From a virus (Duplodnaviria; Caudoviricetes), in the IMG/VR virus record IMGVR_UViG_3300010885_031309: a DNA stretch of 64,000 bases; one strand, 5' to 3'. The position numbers and the translations under genes were made by a program. Below, in pieces: positions 19,572 through 28,904 of the stretch. How positions within the stretch are numbered: position 1 is the stretch's first letter; each line of letters starts with the position of its first letter. The notes below the pieces were generated by a model. It ran no database searches. It had not been told where the DNA came from and was given only the letters and a program-made list of their open reading frames with translations.

Positions 19572-19592
19572 TTAGATACGGGAGTAATTATC

Positions 19593-21146
19593 TTGGATCC
19601 AATAGCAATAAGAAATATACTTAACAAAGTTAATATGATCACTGAAAGCACTGGCTTGGCTGGACGCAAGCCGGGTGCTGTGTTTACTGATAGTCAAACG
19701 AATGAACAAATAACATTCGTTGATCTACAGTTTTATCCTGAGGAGGGTGGAAAATTTCTCCCAGATGATTTAACAAAGGCGATCACACATATTGAATCCA
19801 AGATAGATGATCCTATTCAGTGGGAAAATCAGCGTGGACCAAGAACTGGCGGTTTTGCAATTGCTACTTTTACGACATCAGATAATAAAACTCTGGCTGT
19901 AGGAACATATCTACAAGAAATAAAGCAAATAGCAACACAAAATTATGTGTCTAACACAGTGTTGGGCAGATATAAGTTTTCTGGGAAAGCAGCAGCAAAA
20001 ACTCAAGCTGGATTAACTCCACAGGATCTATTGGAAAAAAGAAATGGCTTGTCTGTAGCAGAAATAATGAATCAACTTGCAAAGAAATTGGGCACAGATG
20101 ATGCACTATATCATGTTGCTCATCATGTTGCTCTTGGACAGCCATTGCCATTTGAATTTGATGCACCAGAGGGACAAAGCTTCACGGCATTTCGTGATTA
20201 CTTCTGTGAGATACTACAGCCGATTGCACTACACAAGGGCTTGTATAGTGGAAACGCTGGAGAAGCAGCAGAAATATTCTTGGGTGCAAGAGGGTTTGAA
20301 TCAACCAAGATTAACTTTGACGCTGCAAAAAATGCTGGTCTAAGTGATAGCATTCTCGATACTGCAGATGGTAAGTATGTAAAAGTAAGCAGTAAGGGTG
20401 ATAAGGGTGCAGAAGCCAGTGCTAAGAACTTGATTGATAGCGTAGATGAATTGGCCGAAACAGATCGTGGCAAAAAATTATTGGACAAGTATAAAACGAC
20501 TATTGATATAGTCAGAGAAATTCAGAAGCAGGGTCAAAGTGGAGCTCCATTGTATCTAGGAGTAAAATATGACGTGATCACTGAACAGGAATCAACTATT
20601 GTAAAGGGTCTAAAGAATGCTGGTCCAGTAGATATTAATAATGTAGAGCAATTAAAGGAAGCCAAGTTAACATCCACGCTGATAGAGTTGGCACAGAGTC
20701 GTGGAACAAAAACTCCCGAACGCACCAGTCTGTTCTATCACTTAATTGCTGCGATAGCACATAAAGCGGCAGATCAAGTAAATGAAAAAACCAATTTCAG
20801 TGATGCTGCGTCAGACATTCTAAACAACGGTGCTCTGGTTCAAGTATATACACAGGCAAAAGAAAAAAATGGAAAATGGGTGTTAGAGGGATTTGATACA
20901 GTTTACCCAGGAACTTCGGTAAGTGGAGTTGTATTAAGTGCCAAGAAAAATTATGCTAGTACAGCTATCAAAGGAAACTTTACCTTCAAAATTCTGCGAG
21001 GTAACGCAAAAGTAGCACCAGAAGATGATACTGAAGAAGTTGCTGTGCCCACTGAAGTTGATGACACTGTTCGTGAACCCGGAGAAAGAGTGTCTGTTAC
21101 CAAGGGTGAAAAGGCTAAACTGGGAGCAGGACGCGCTCGCAGATAA
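19593..21146 (+). CDS. Large hypothetical protein, probable virion/internal protein
   Basis: N-terminal ...NMITE motif; possible PD-(D/E)xK-like GLSDSIL...VKVSSK segment. Confidence 0.65.
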   Translation: MDPIAIRNILNKVNMITESTGLAGRKPGAVFTDSQTNEQITFVDLQFYPEEGGKFLPDDLTKAITHIESKIDDPIQWENQRGPRTGGFAIATFTTSDNKTLAVGTYLQEIKQIATQNYVSNTVLGRYKFSGKAAAKTQAGLTPQDLLEKRNGLSVAEIMNQLAKKLGTDDALYHVAHHVALGQPLPFEFDAPEGQSFTAFRDYFCEILQPIALHKGLYSGNAGEAAEIFLGARGFESTKINFDAAKNAGLSDSILDTADGKYVKVSSKGDKGAEASAKNLIDSVDELAETDRGKKLLDKYKTTIDIVREIQKQGQSGAPLYLGVKYDVITEQESTIVKGLKNAGPVDINNVEQLKEAKLTSTLIELAQSRGTKTPERTSLFYHLIAAIAHKAADQVNEKTNFSDAASDILNNGALVQVYTQAKEKNGKWVLEGFDTVYPGTSVSGVVLSAKKNYASTAIKGNFTFKILRGNAKVAPEDDTEEVAVPTEVDDTVREPGERVSVTKGEKAKLGAGRARR

Positions 21147-21147
21147 C

Positions 21148-21194
21148 TTGACAATAAGAGTTAACTGAGTTACAATAGTATTGCTCAGTTAACT
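21148..21194 (+). promoter_or_regulatory. sigma70 promoter overlapped by an 11-bp inverted repeat
   Basis: TTGACA-17-TACAAT; AGTTAACTGAG (21159-21169) / CTCAGTTAACT (21184-21194). Confidence 0.65.
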
Positions 21195-21206
21195 ATTACA
21201 CTTACT

Positions 21207-21773
21207 ATGTCAACTTGGAAATATACCTGTAGTGGATGCAACATTGAAATACCATGGGGTGGCCCTACATACTGTAGTACTTGCAGACTTGAACGAGCAA
21301 TAGAACGAAATTCAACTGGCCCGGGTTTAGTTGAACGCAGTCAGTCTTCTTATAAAACAAGAAGCAATCTTGACGGTCTAGTAGAACTAGGTTCTTTGCT
21401 TGGCGTCATCTACGGTCAAGATGTCAAAACAAAAATGCGAGAATTGGAGATTCGTGAGCGAGAATTAGCTATTCGCGAAGCACAACTTGGAAAAAAGTAT
21501 TCCGCGCCCACTTCATCTTCGCGTACCTCAAGTTTCAATTACAGCCCTACAGTCTCACGTTCATCTGTTTCTTCTTTGCCAGCGGCATCACCACTTGACA
21601 CAAAAGCTCAGATAGTAGACGCGACTGAACCAAAATCATACGACACTGACTATACCAGGTTCAAGAAACCGACTATCAGAAATAATAGCTCTATATGGGA
21701 AGATAACGATGTATTCATCATTTTATTCACAATTGCGTGTATTATTATTCTGGTAATTATCAAATCCTTATAA
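21207..21773 (+). CDS. Zn-finger-like N-terminus, Ser-rich linker, C-terminal TM anchor
   Basis: CSGC...YCSTC; terminal hydrophobic helix. Confidence 0.55.
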   Translation: MSTWKYTCSGCNIEIPWGGPTYCSTCRLERAIERNSTGPGLVERSQSSYKTRSNLDGLVELGSLLGVIYGQDVKTKMRELEIRERELAIREAQLGKKYSAPTSSSRTSSFNYSPTVSRSSVSSLPAASPLDTKAQIVDATEPKSYDTDYTRFKKPTIRNNSSIWEDNDVFIILFTIACIIILVIIKSL

Positions 21774-21958
21774 ATATTATCATGACCACAAACGAAGAAA
21801 AAATTACATACGAAGTAACTACAGTTGAAGATCCAGAAACTGGAGATATTTTACTTCCATTTCCACCAGAACTTTTAGAAAAGTTGAACTGGAAAGAGGG
21901 CGACGAGATTAATTGGAATCAGTCAGATGACGGTGCTTGGATTTTAACAAAAAAATAA
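21737..21958 (+). CDS. AbrB/MazE-like small protein (likely start 21782 MTTNEE)
   Basis: GDILLPFPPELLEKLNWKEGDEINW. Confidence 0.55.
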   Translation: MYYYSGNYQILINIIMTTNEEKITYEVTTVEDPETGDILLPFPPELLEKLNWKEGDEINWNQSDDGAWILTKK

Positions 21959-21959
21959 T

Positions 21960-22406
21960 ATGAGTAACATGAGTTATCAAAATTCATCACTGCAAGATCT
22001 GTTAACAGAGACAATAACAATAACTGCTGGCCCCACTATTCAAAGTGGTGTATATGATACCAGTTATATCTACAATTCTGCACAAAATTCTACGGTCACT
22101 AATACAGTAATAACAAACAATACTGGAGGACCATATGGATGGTACGGCGACAATACTACATTTGGCTCAAATCTTAGTTCAACTTTGGATGTTAAAGGTG
22201 ATGTTGAAATCGCTGGTGCTCTAAAACTTCAAGGAAGAGATATTGGGTTTATTTTGGATAAAATATCTGAGCGTCTTGGAATTTTACAAACTAATCCAGA
22301 ATTAGAATCTCGTTGGGAACGACTGCGAGAGCTTCGTGAAGAATATCTAAAAGTAGAAGCCGAAATCAAAGAAAAAGAAGAAATCTTTCGTGCTTTGAAG
22401 ACTTGA
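21960..22406 (+). CDS. Hypothetical protein (tail-chaperone-like C-terminus)
   Basis: Thr/Asn-rich N-terminus then LDKISERLGIL..NPELE.RW..L; stop inside the -35 box. Confidence 0.55.
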   Translation: MSNMSYQNSSLQDLLTETITITAGPTIQSGVYDTSYIYNSAQNSTVTNTVITNNTGGPYGWYGDNTTFGSNLSSTLDVKGDVEIAGALKLQGRDIGFILDKISERLGILQTNPELESRWERLRELREEYLKVEAEIKEKEEIFRALKT

Positions 22407-22431
22407 CAATAAATCTTCGGTATGATAGACT
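22403..22431 (+). promoter_or_regulatory. sigma70-type early promoter
   Basis: TTGACA-ATAAAT...-TAGACT, 17 bp spacer. Confidence 0.75.
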
Positions 22432-22462
22432 ATAAAGATAGTAACAACACTATTTCAACAAC

Positions 22463-22843
22463 ATGAGTTTAGTTAAGGGTCTTACTCTTTCTGGCAAGAA
22501 ACGCGGCAAAGTTAAATTTGCAAGTGCAGAGGCAAAACGACAATACGAGCAATTGCAAAAAGATTGGGCCGATCTAAAAACTAAATGGGGCGTCACTGAC
22601 ACTTCCAAGCGTAAAACTACAGTGGTTGAATTGCCAACTATTGCCAAGTCACAAATTCGTGATAGTGCAAACGGCAAGCCAAAATCACTAAATTCTTGGG
22701 TTGTCGGTCCAGCGGCAAAAAAAGAAAGTAAGCAGTATACTGGAAACAAAATGGTAGGCATTGGAACTCTTCATAAGAGCAATGCCGTACCAGTGTTTTC
22801 TGATCAGGAGGCAAAGGAAATCGCTACAATGCGACGAAACTAA
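22463..22843 (+). CDS. Conserved T4-like phage hypothetical protein
   Basis: [22 protein letters not shown]-terminal motif. Confidence 0.65.
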   Translation: MSLVKGLTLSGKKRGKVKFASAEAKRQYEQLQKDWADLKTKWGVTDTSKRKTTVVELPTIAKSQIRDSANGKPKSLNSWVVGPAAKKESKQYTGNKMVGIGTLHKSNAVPVFSDQEAKEIATMRRN

Positions 22844-22845
22844 TT

Positions 22846-23064
22846 ATGGCAAAAACAGACACTATTAAACTTGAAGGTACCGTGGTAGACTTACTACCGA
22901 ACGCAATGTTTCGCGTAAAGCTACTTGAAAATGAACAAGTAATCATTGGGCACATCAGCGGGCGAATTCGTCAAAACGAAATTCGTATTCTACTTGGTGA
23001 TGCTGTTCAAATGGAATTTAGTCCATATGACTTAACTAAAGGTCGCATAGTCAAGCGACTGTGA
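22846..23064 (+). CDS. infA: Translation initiation factor IF-1
   Basis: [27 protein letters not shown]...IGHISGRIR...[19 protein letters not shown]. Confidence 0.95.
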   Translation: MAKTDTIKLEGTVVDLLPNAMFRVKLLENEQVIIGHISGRIRQNEIRILLGDAVQMEFSPYDLTKGRIVKRL

Positions 23065-23093
23065 TTATCTCTTACAGCATGATAAATACATGC

Positions 23094-23654
23094 ATGAGAG
23101 AAATTATTAATTTGGTTGAAAGTAAATCTCAGTCAAAAGATGAGATTGAAATAGTAAATCTTTCTTATTCGTCTAGTGCTCTTAGTCCAGTATTTTCATC
23201 ATCTCTGATGAAGCTGCACTACGAAAAGCTAGCTCATGGGTATGCAGAAAGATTTAATAAAAAAGAGGGTGACCCAACCTTCAATTATGCTGGCGCCTGG
23301 CTGCATAATGTGTTCTTTACGCAATTCAGACCTTCGCGTATGAACAATGTTCCCAACGGTCCAATTGGGAATATGATAAAAACCAAATTCAAAAGCTTTG
23401 ACGCATTCAAAGATGCATTTGAGCAAGAAGCCATGAAGCTACATGGCAGCGGATGGTTATACTTGGCTCGCGATGCTAGTATTAAAAGTATAAATAATCA
23501 TCAAGTCCGTAATGATATTCTAATCTTGGTAGACATGTGGGAACATGCTTATCAGCATGATTATGGTTCTAATAAACAAAAATATCTGGATAATATCTGG
23601 AAAATAATGGACTGGAATGTGTTGAACACAAGATGGGGACAGGGATACAAATGA
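23094..23654 (+). CDS. sod: Fe/Mn superoxide dismutase with capsid-targeting-like N-terminus
   Basis: LHYEK, LHNVFF, GSGW, DMWEHAY metal ligands; GATAAATA at 23081-23088 supports start MREIINLVE. Confidence 0.88.
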   Translation: MREIINLVESKSQSKDEIEIVNLSYSSSALSPVFSSSLMKLHYEKLAHGYAERFNKKEGDPTFNYAGAWLHNVFFTQFRPSRMNNVPNGPIGNMIKTKFKSFDAFKDAFEQEAMKLHGSGWLYLARDASIKSINNHQVRNDILILVDMWEHAYQHDYGSNKQKYLDNIWKIMDWNVLNTRWGQGYK

Positions 23655-24205
23655 AAGCCCACGAGTTCTTAACTGAAATTGGTTCATTTAATTACAAGTT
23701 CAAAGAAGAGCCATATTACTTAGAAGACAACAAGAATTGGCAAAGAATACTATTCAATATTGCGAACAAAGTGGCTAGCTATTTTTCCAGACCTGTAGCT
23801 GGTAAAAAATATACATTCAGCACTGACAGTGGTGCGAAATACGAGGTGTATTTGGATCTATATATGAAATCGGGTCTAAACATACGATTTTTTTATGTTA
23901 ATCGTAGTGGAATCAGATTGCACAAACTTACTGGAACTGCTGCTGGAGAAGAGTTGAGAATCATAAGCACAGTAAGACAAATAGCAAAAAAATACATAGA
24001 CGAAGTACATCCGTCTGTTATAGCCTTTAGTGCCGTTGAATTAAAAGAAACATCCAGATTCAGCTTGTATGACAGAATTGCTAGAGATTTTAGCAGATAT
24101 TTTCCAGAATACAAGTTTCGCTCTAGTAAAGACACTCAACACGGAAAGACTTGGTTTTTTGGAAGAACAGAAAATTATGACAATACAGCTAACACAAGAA
24201 GCTAA
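23651..24205 (+). CDS. Putative internal head protein (MKAHEFLTE)
   Basis: CTS-like N-terminus; F..LTG..GE..RIISTV...R.SLY.R body. Confidence 0.6.
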   Translation: MKAHEFLTEIGSFNYKFKEEPYYLEDNKNWQRILFNIANKVASYFSRPVAGKKYTFSTDSGAKYEVYLDLYMKSGLNIRFFYVNRSGIRLHKLTGTAAGEELRIISTVRQIAKKYIDEVHPSVIAFSAVELKETSRFSLYDRIARDFSRYFPEYKFRSSKDTQHGKTWFFGRTENYDNTANTRS

Positions 24206-24506
24206 ACTAAAAATCATAGACATACTAGCCACTACTGATGAAAACACTAGACTTCGTATTGCTGTAGTGGGCGGTGGTTGTGCTGGGCTAAATTATCATT
24301 TTGTACTGGACGAAGATTATAGTGAAGATGACTTTCTAATTGATTCTGGACCGGCACGAGTAGTAGTAGATTCTGTTAGCGCTCAATACCTAGAACAAGC
24401 GACAGTTGACTATGTAGACGAACTATGGGAAAAAAAGTTTGTTGTTGATAATCCAAATGCCGAAGTAAGTTGTGGATGTGGTAGCAGTTTTCGTCCGAAA
24501 ACTTAA
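24177..24506 (+). CDS. erpA: A-type Fe-S cluster carrier (ErpA/IscA/HesB)
   Basis: LRIAVVGGGCAGLNY, VDSVSAQYL..ATVDY, NPNA..SCGCGSSF. Confidence 0.92.
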   Translation: MTIQLTQEAKLKIIDILATTDENTRLRIAVVGGGCAGLNYHFVLDEDYSEDDFLIDSGPARVVVDSVSAQYLEQATVDYVDELWEKKFVVDNPNAEVSCGCGSSFRPKT

Positions 24507-24704
24507 TTATTCTTTTTTGTTGATTTTTGTAATTTCAGAGTAGGTTACAATTTTTCCGTTACTCAAAAGATATTTTGAACCTTCAACAGCAGTGACACTA
24601 CATGATTGTCCTTTATATTGTACAGTGTCACCAGCTTTAATTGGATTCTGACTATATGATTTATAGCTGTTATAGCCCTCAACAAGCACTTCGTGTATTT
24701 TCAT
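24507..24704 (-). CDS. Small putative internal head protein (MKIHEVLVE), SH3/KOW-like
   Basis: CTS-like N-terminus; IKAGDTVQYKG. Confidence 0.55.
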   Translation of the reverse strand: MKIHEVLVEGYNSYKSYSQNPIKAGDTVQYKGQSCSVTAVEGSKYLLSNGKIVTYSEITKINKKE

Positions 24705-25975
24705 GATTCATCCATTTTAGTATTAAACCAGGGATCAACTATTACCAGTGTACCATCTTTGCGTTCCATGACATTTTCGGTATGTAGATCCCAGCCCTGT
24801 TTATCTAGCTTTCCACGCTTGTATAATAATCTCATCATTGAATAAAGAATATCAAACTTTACATAAGTCATTGCATCCAGGGACTTTAATTTTTTGATTA
24901 ATTCTTTATCAGTCGGCGGAGCATCCCAATGCTTCCATGTAGTTGGCTTTAACATTTCCGTGTAGGCTTGTTCCCAAGTCTTATCTTTTGCAGCTAGATC
25001 ACTCATCATCCATACTAGTGCTTGACTAAAACTACCGTCTTTTAATGGGCGTAGTCGTTCCATGCCAATCATAGTAAATTCGCGATTGTCTGCTTCAAAA
25101 GTAGCGTGATGGCCATCCTTTGTAATTTGTACAAACTTTGGTAGATTTGGTTGATCACTATTTTTCATACAGAATTCATAAAATAGCTTGAATGTTTTAA
25201 CTGCACCACTCATACTATCACGATCTTCTGGCATAATAATTTTGATAACGCTCTCGTCGTCTTTTGCCCAGACTGTTGCTTCAGCGCCACTTCCTAATTT
25301 TTTGTATCCCATTTCCTTGAATACTTTGTTTATTTCTTTTGATGCTTTGGTTCTAGTTTCTGCTTCGCTGATTAAATCAGAATTATTCAATAATTTTACT
25401 GATCCGTTATCGTTGACAAAGTATGGAAAGAATTTAATATCCGGATATTCTTGCTTTAATTTTGAAAATACACGAAGATTGGTCATGCTATCATCATACA
25501 TACTAACACGATAGTAGCGACCAGTATCTAAATATCGTCTGACAAATACTGCTTTTCTTTCTGCTGGTGTAGTTGGTTGTTCTAAATTTCCAGCACGATG
25601 TACATGTACGCGACTCATATCTATACCATACTTGGCAAAAGTTTGTAGAAATGTGTCGCGATCATCAAAATCACTACGAGCAGTAAGCATTATGATTTTA
25701 CAATTGGTTGCTACTTTAAGTATTGCTTTTAGTTTAGCTATCATTGGTCTGATAGGCTCACTCTCACGATTGAATTTTTCTGCGTTACGAAATTCTCCAA
25801 AATCAAACTGTTCATCTGGTTCTGGTTGATATGTATTGTATTCTTTATTGGTAAGACTACGAACTACTTTACCATTTTTGATGACATTTATTTTAGCCGT
25901 AGTATGAAACAGCGTGTCATCTATATCCATGATTATTAGATGTTCAGACTTTGAGTTTATATCTCTAATTCTCAT
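24701..25975 (-). CDS. HAD phosphatase fused to protein-kinase-like domain
   Basis: IMDIDDTL, LTAR, YDDS (HAD motifs I, II, IV); LGSGAEATV, VIKI, DLHTENVM, IVDPW (kinase fold). Confidence 0.72.
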   Translation of the reverse strand: MRIRDINSKSEHLIIMDIDDTLFHTTAKINVIKNGKVVRSLTNKEYNTYQPEPDEQFDFGEFRNAEKFNRESEPIRPMIAKLKAILKVATNCKIIMLTARSDFDDRDTFLQTFAKYGIDMSRVHVHRAGNLEQPTTPAERKAVFVRRYLDTGRYYRVSMYDDSMTNLRVFSKLKQEYPDIKFFPYFVNDNGSVKLLNNSDLISEAETRTKASKEINKVFKEMGYKKLGSGAEATVWAKDDESVIKIIMPEDRDSMSGAVKTFKLFYEFCMKNSDQPNLPKFVQITKDGHHATFEADNREFTMIGMERLRPLKDGSFSQALVWMMSDLAAKDKTWEQAYTEMLKPTTWKHWDAPPTDKELIKKLKSLDAMTYVKFDILYSMMRLLYKRGKLDKQGWDLHTENVMERKDGTLVIVDPWFNTKMDES

Positions 25976-26090
25976 ACAGTATTCTATTACATTTAGTAGT
26001 AGGACTGACCGTTTGCCATAATGCTACGCAATCCCTTGGCTAAATCCGGTAGATAGGACGCGTGATATACGTAAATAATTTCATTTATTT

Positions 26091-26501
26091 TCATTGTTCA
26101 TCCAATAGCATTATAGGATCGCCACCGGCATCTCCTATTATTTCAAACCCATAATTTTTATACCAATCAACGATACTGAACTCATTACTTTCATGTACAT
26201 CAGCAATTAACAGTATCGCTTCAGCACCCCTGTCATATGAATCATCTATAGCATTATTTAGCAGATTGCTACCTAAACCCTGCCCTCTTGAATCATCATC
26301 AATATACATGTTCTTAATAATACTTATTCTGCCAAATTTACTAGCGATATTGTTTATCAGTTGTTCAGATGCACCTTGAGATTCTAAGTAATTTTTCAAT
26401 TGTGACTTATCAGTGTCTACCACGTAACCCTCAAGTGCACCACCATCAATACTTTTTGATATCATTTGTATAGATTCGATTAGTAATTCTTTGATCTTCA
26501 T
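26091..26501 (-). CDS. GNAT acetyltransferase with CTS-like N-terminus
   Basis: MYIDDDSRGQGLGSNLL (motif A), WYKNYGF; MKIKELLIE. Confidence 0.8.
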   Translation of the reverse strand: MKIKELLIESIQMISKSIDGGALEGYVVDTDKSQLKNYLESQGASEQLINNIASKFGRISIIKNMYIDDDSRGQGLGSNLLNNAIDDSYDRGAEAILLIADVHESNEFSIVDWYKNYGFEIIGDAGGDPIMLLDEQ

Positions 26502-26503
26502 AA

Positions 26504-27946
26504 TTACATCACAAATATTTTACCAACGCTGTCACTCAACACATCATTGAACAACAATTCCATTGTATATGCTAAACGTTCGGCTTTTTGCTTTCTTGAA
26601 AGTTCATCACGATATTCAGGTTTAATGTTTAGATATTTTGTAGGTGTTCCCCATGCTTGTCTTCCGTAACCTAAATTAGTTGGTAATAGATTAAACGTGA
26701 CTTTGCCTGTGCCTAAATATTGTGCAAATATTTCATATAAGAATTCATATGGACGTTTAATCTGATTACTTCTACTACTACGTTGTGTGCCTAATGCATT
26801 GAACAGTGCATTATACTCGGGGGTCAAATCCCACTTGATTAGAGTATTGTATGTGTTTGCACCCCTATATGCTTTGCCATAGTGTTCTTCTAACACTGAA
26901 TTTACAGTTTCAAAGAAATACTTTTCTGCTTCAGCCCAAGCCTTCCAATTCTTGTTTTCATATGCAGCCTCTGCCCCTATAGCGTGTCCAAATCTATGTG
27001 CCATCATCCATGGCGTAAGCATTACTTTACTATCACCCTTGTTGCCCACATACACTACAGTTATAGCATCTTCACTGCCATTGATAATTTCTTCAGCCTG
27101 TTCTTTACCAAAAATTTGCATAATCTGCTCTGGGGGCATTGCACCGTATTCACTATACTTCCCAGTGCCGGGCACGTTACTAAAGAATAAACGGAAATCG
27201 TAGGGTGTTTTTTCAAAGAATGTAGTAGCTTTTTCTATGTTCTTGGGATGTGGCACAAGGTTTTTATCTGCTCCGCGAAATGGTCCTGGCTTAGTAAAGT
27301 CACCAAACGGTTGATACTTGGCTAATGCCATTTCACCTACTGTGTCTTCCGCCACGCCTTGGTTTGGTCTGCTTAATGTATGCTTTTCTGTTCTATAATC
27401 GTATGTAGCACCTAACTTCTTATATATTTCTCTTGCTGCGTTGTTATGGTCTTGATCAGAAATGATATTGTAGTGCTTGGACAATCCTTTTAGAAAGTCA
27501 GTGTAAATGCCTTTGCCTCTTAACTTTTCATCAAAGACTTCAGAGTATTGAACTTCAACCGTATCGTTGTAAACATCGGCCCAAACACCTAATACTGTTT
27601 TACCTTTACTGTCTTTCACTCTAATAAAGGTGTTTGCTTCAGCGCCAGATTTCCAGGGTACTTCGTCACCGGGTTCAAATGACCATGTGTAGCCCGATGG
27701 TGTTTTGCCGCTGACAGATTCCGTAACATCTTGCTTGTCAAGTTTCTCTAAACGATGTATCTCATCGGCAACCTGTGTCCAATAACGATATTGTGGAGTA
27801 TTACTTTCATAACTCATGGCATGGTCGTTGGCACGTTGAGCAGCAGTATAGGAATGATCTTTATACCGATCATACATTCGTTTTGCCGTTGACTTTACTT
27901 CTAAGTCACTGGAATTATTTTCAACAATAAAATCATTTGCTCTCAT
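26504..27946 (-). CDS. Multidomain putative internal (poly)protein containing a GNAT-like module
   Basis: Start MRANDFIVE; internal DVTE/GVAE motifs; LRGKGIYTDF...IYKKLG. Confidence 0.65.
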   Translation of the reverse strand: MRANDFIVENNSSDLEVKSTAKRMYDRYKDHSYTAAQRANDHAMSYESNTPQYRYWTQVADEIHRLEKLDKQDVTESVSGKTPSGYTWSFEPGDEVPWKSGAEANTFIRVKDSKGKTVLGVWADVYNDTVEVQYSEVFDEKLRGKGIYTDFLKGLSKHYNIISDQDHNNAAREIYKKLGATYDYRTEKHTLSRPNQGVAEDTVGEMALAKYQPFGDFTKPGPFRGADKNLVPHPKNIEKATTFFEKTPYDFRLFFSNVPGTGKYSEYGAMPPEQIMQIFGKEQAEEIINGSEDAITVVYVGNKGDSKVMLTPWMMAHRFGHAIGAEAAYENKNWKAWAEAEKYFFETVNSVLEEHYGKAYRGANTYNTLIKWDLTPEYNALFNALGTQRSSRSNQIKRPYEFLYEIFAQYLGTGKVTFNLLPTNLGYGRQAWGTPTKYLNIKPEYRDELSRKQKAERLAYTMELLFNDVLSDSVGKIFVM

Positions 27947-27956
27947 ATTATTACTC

Positions 27957-28883
27957 TTAAATTGCCAATACATCAATGAACACAATATTGTTTCTACGCG
28001 GATCCCACATTACGTTATCGTCGTGAAGATCCAGTCCACCATGTTTTACCGACATTCTGAATAATTCAGTAGCTAGCTCAGACAGATCTGGATCTTTTTT
28101 GATACTGTTTTCTGCAATCACTTTCCAGTGTTTGGCATCAAAGAACCACATGTAATTTAAACGCTTTGATGGCTTACTACGCATAATATCTGTTGCTAAA
28201 TTGTCTGAAAGAAAACCGATGATATAGTTAACAAAGTTATTAATTACATCAGGATTAGTTATCTTTTCTAATTTGCGTAGATACAGTATACCTATTCTTT
28301 CATTTGTTTTAATAGTGTCGTCTTTTCTCAAGTGTTTGTATAGCTTAACGACACTACCATCTTCATATGGTATGATTTCTGGAACATATTTGTTATTTTG
28401 ATGAGCGACCATCCATCGTAAATATTCAGCATAACCACGATCATTTGAAAATATCTTTAATACTGTAGCATTGTTTTTTGGATCTTGCAGCACGGTTGCA
28501 TAGTGTCCAGTACCAACAATTTGCATACCCTCGCCCTGTTTACGAAGTGCTATCTCAGTGTGTCTTTCCGAGCTAGGCATAAATGATAGTGCTTCGTCAG
28601 TAATTTCATACTCACTTAAATCTTTCTTTGGCGGAATAAAAAATATTCTGGTTCGTCTGACATCATGTGGGTCTCGTTCCCATATAGTTTCATTATTAGC
28701 CGCATCTTTTACTAGCCAATGACTTGGAGCTTCTCCTTCTTCATCACGCACTTCTTGCTCGGCGGCTCCAATAGCTTCATCGCGATCATAAAAAGTGTCT
28801 ATTAGATGATCATAACAATACAACTGATATCTATTTTTGTAATCAGTAGCATCATATTCAGTGATAAAATCATTTGCTCTCAT
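27957..28883 (-). CDS. Protein-kinase-like putative internal protein
   Basis: MRANDFITE; VGTGHYATV, VLKIF, DLHDDNVM, FIDV. Confidence 0.7.
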   Translation of the reverse strand: MRANDFITEYDATDYKNRYQLYCYDHLIDTFYDRDEAIGAAEQEVRDEEGEAPSHWLVKDAANNETIWERDPHDVRRTRIFFIPPKKDLSEYEITDEALSFMPSSERHTEIALRKQGEGMQIVGTGHYATVLQDPKNNATVLKIFSNDRGYAEYLRWMVAHQNNKYVPEIIPYEDGSVVKLYKHLRKDDTIKTNERIGILYLRKLEKITNPDVINNFVNYIIGFLSDNLATDIMRSKPSKRLNYMWFFDAKHWKVIAENSIKKDPDLSELATELFRMSVKHGGLDLHDDNVMWDPRRNNIVFIDVLAI

Positions 28884-28904
28884 TATCTTTCCTTGAATTG
28901 TTAT

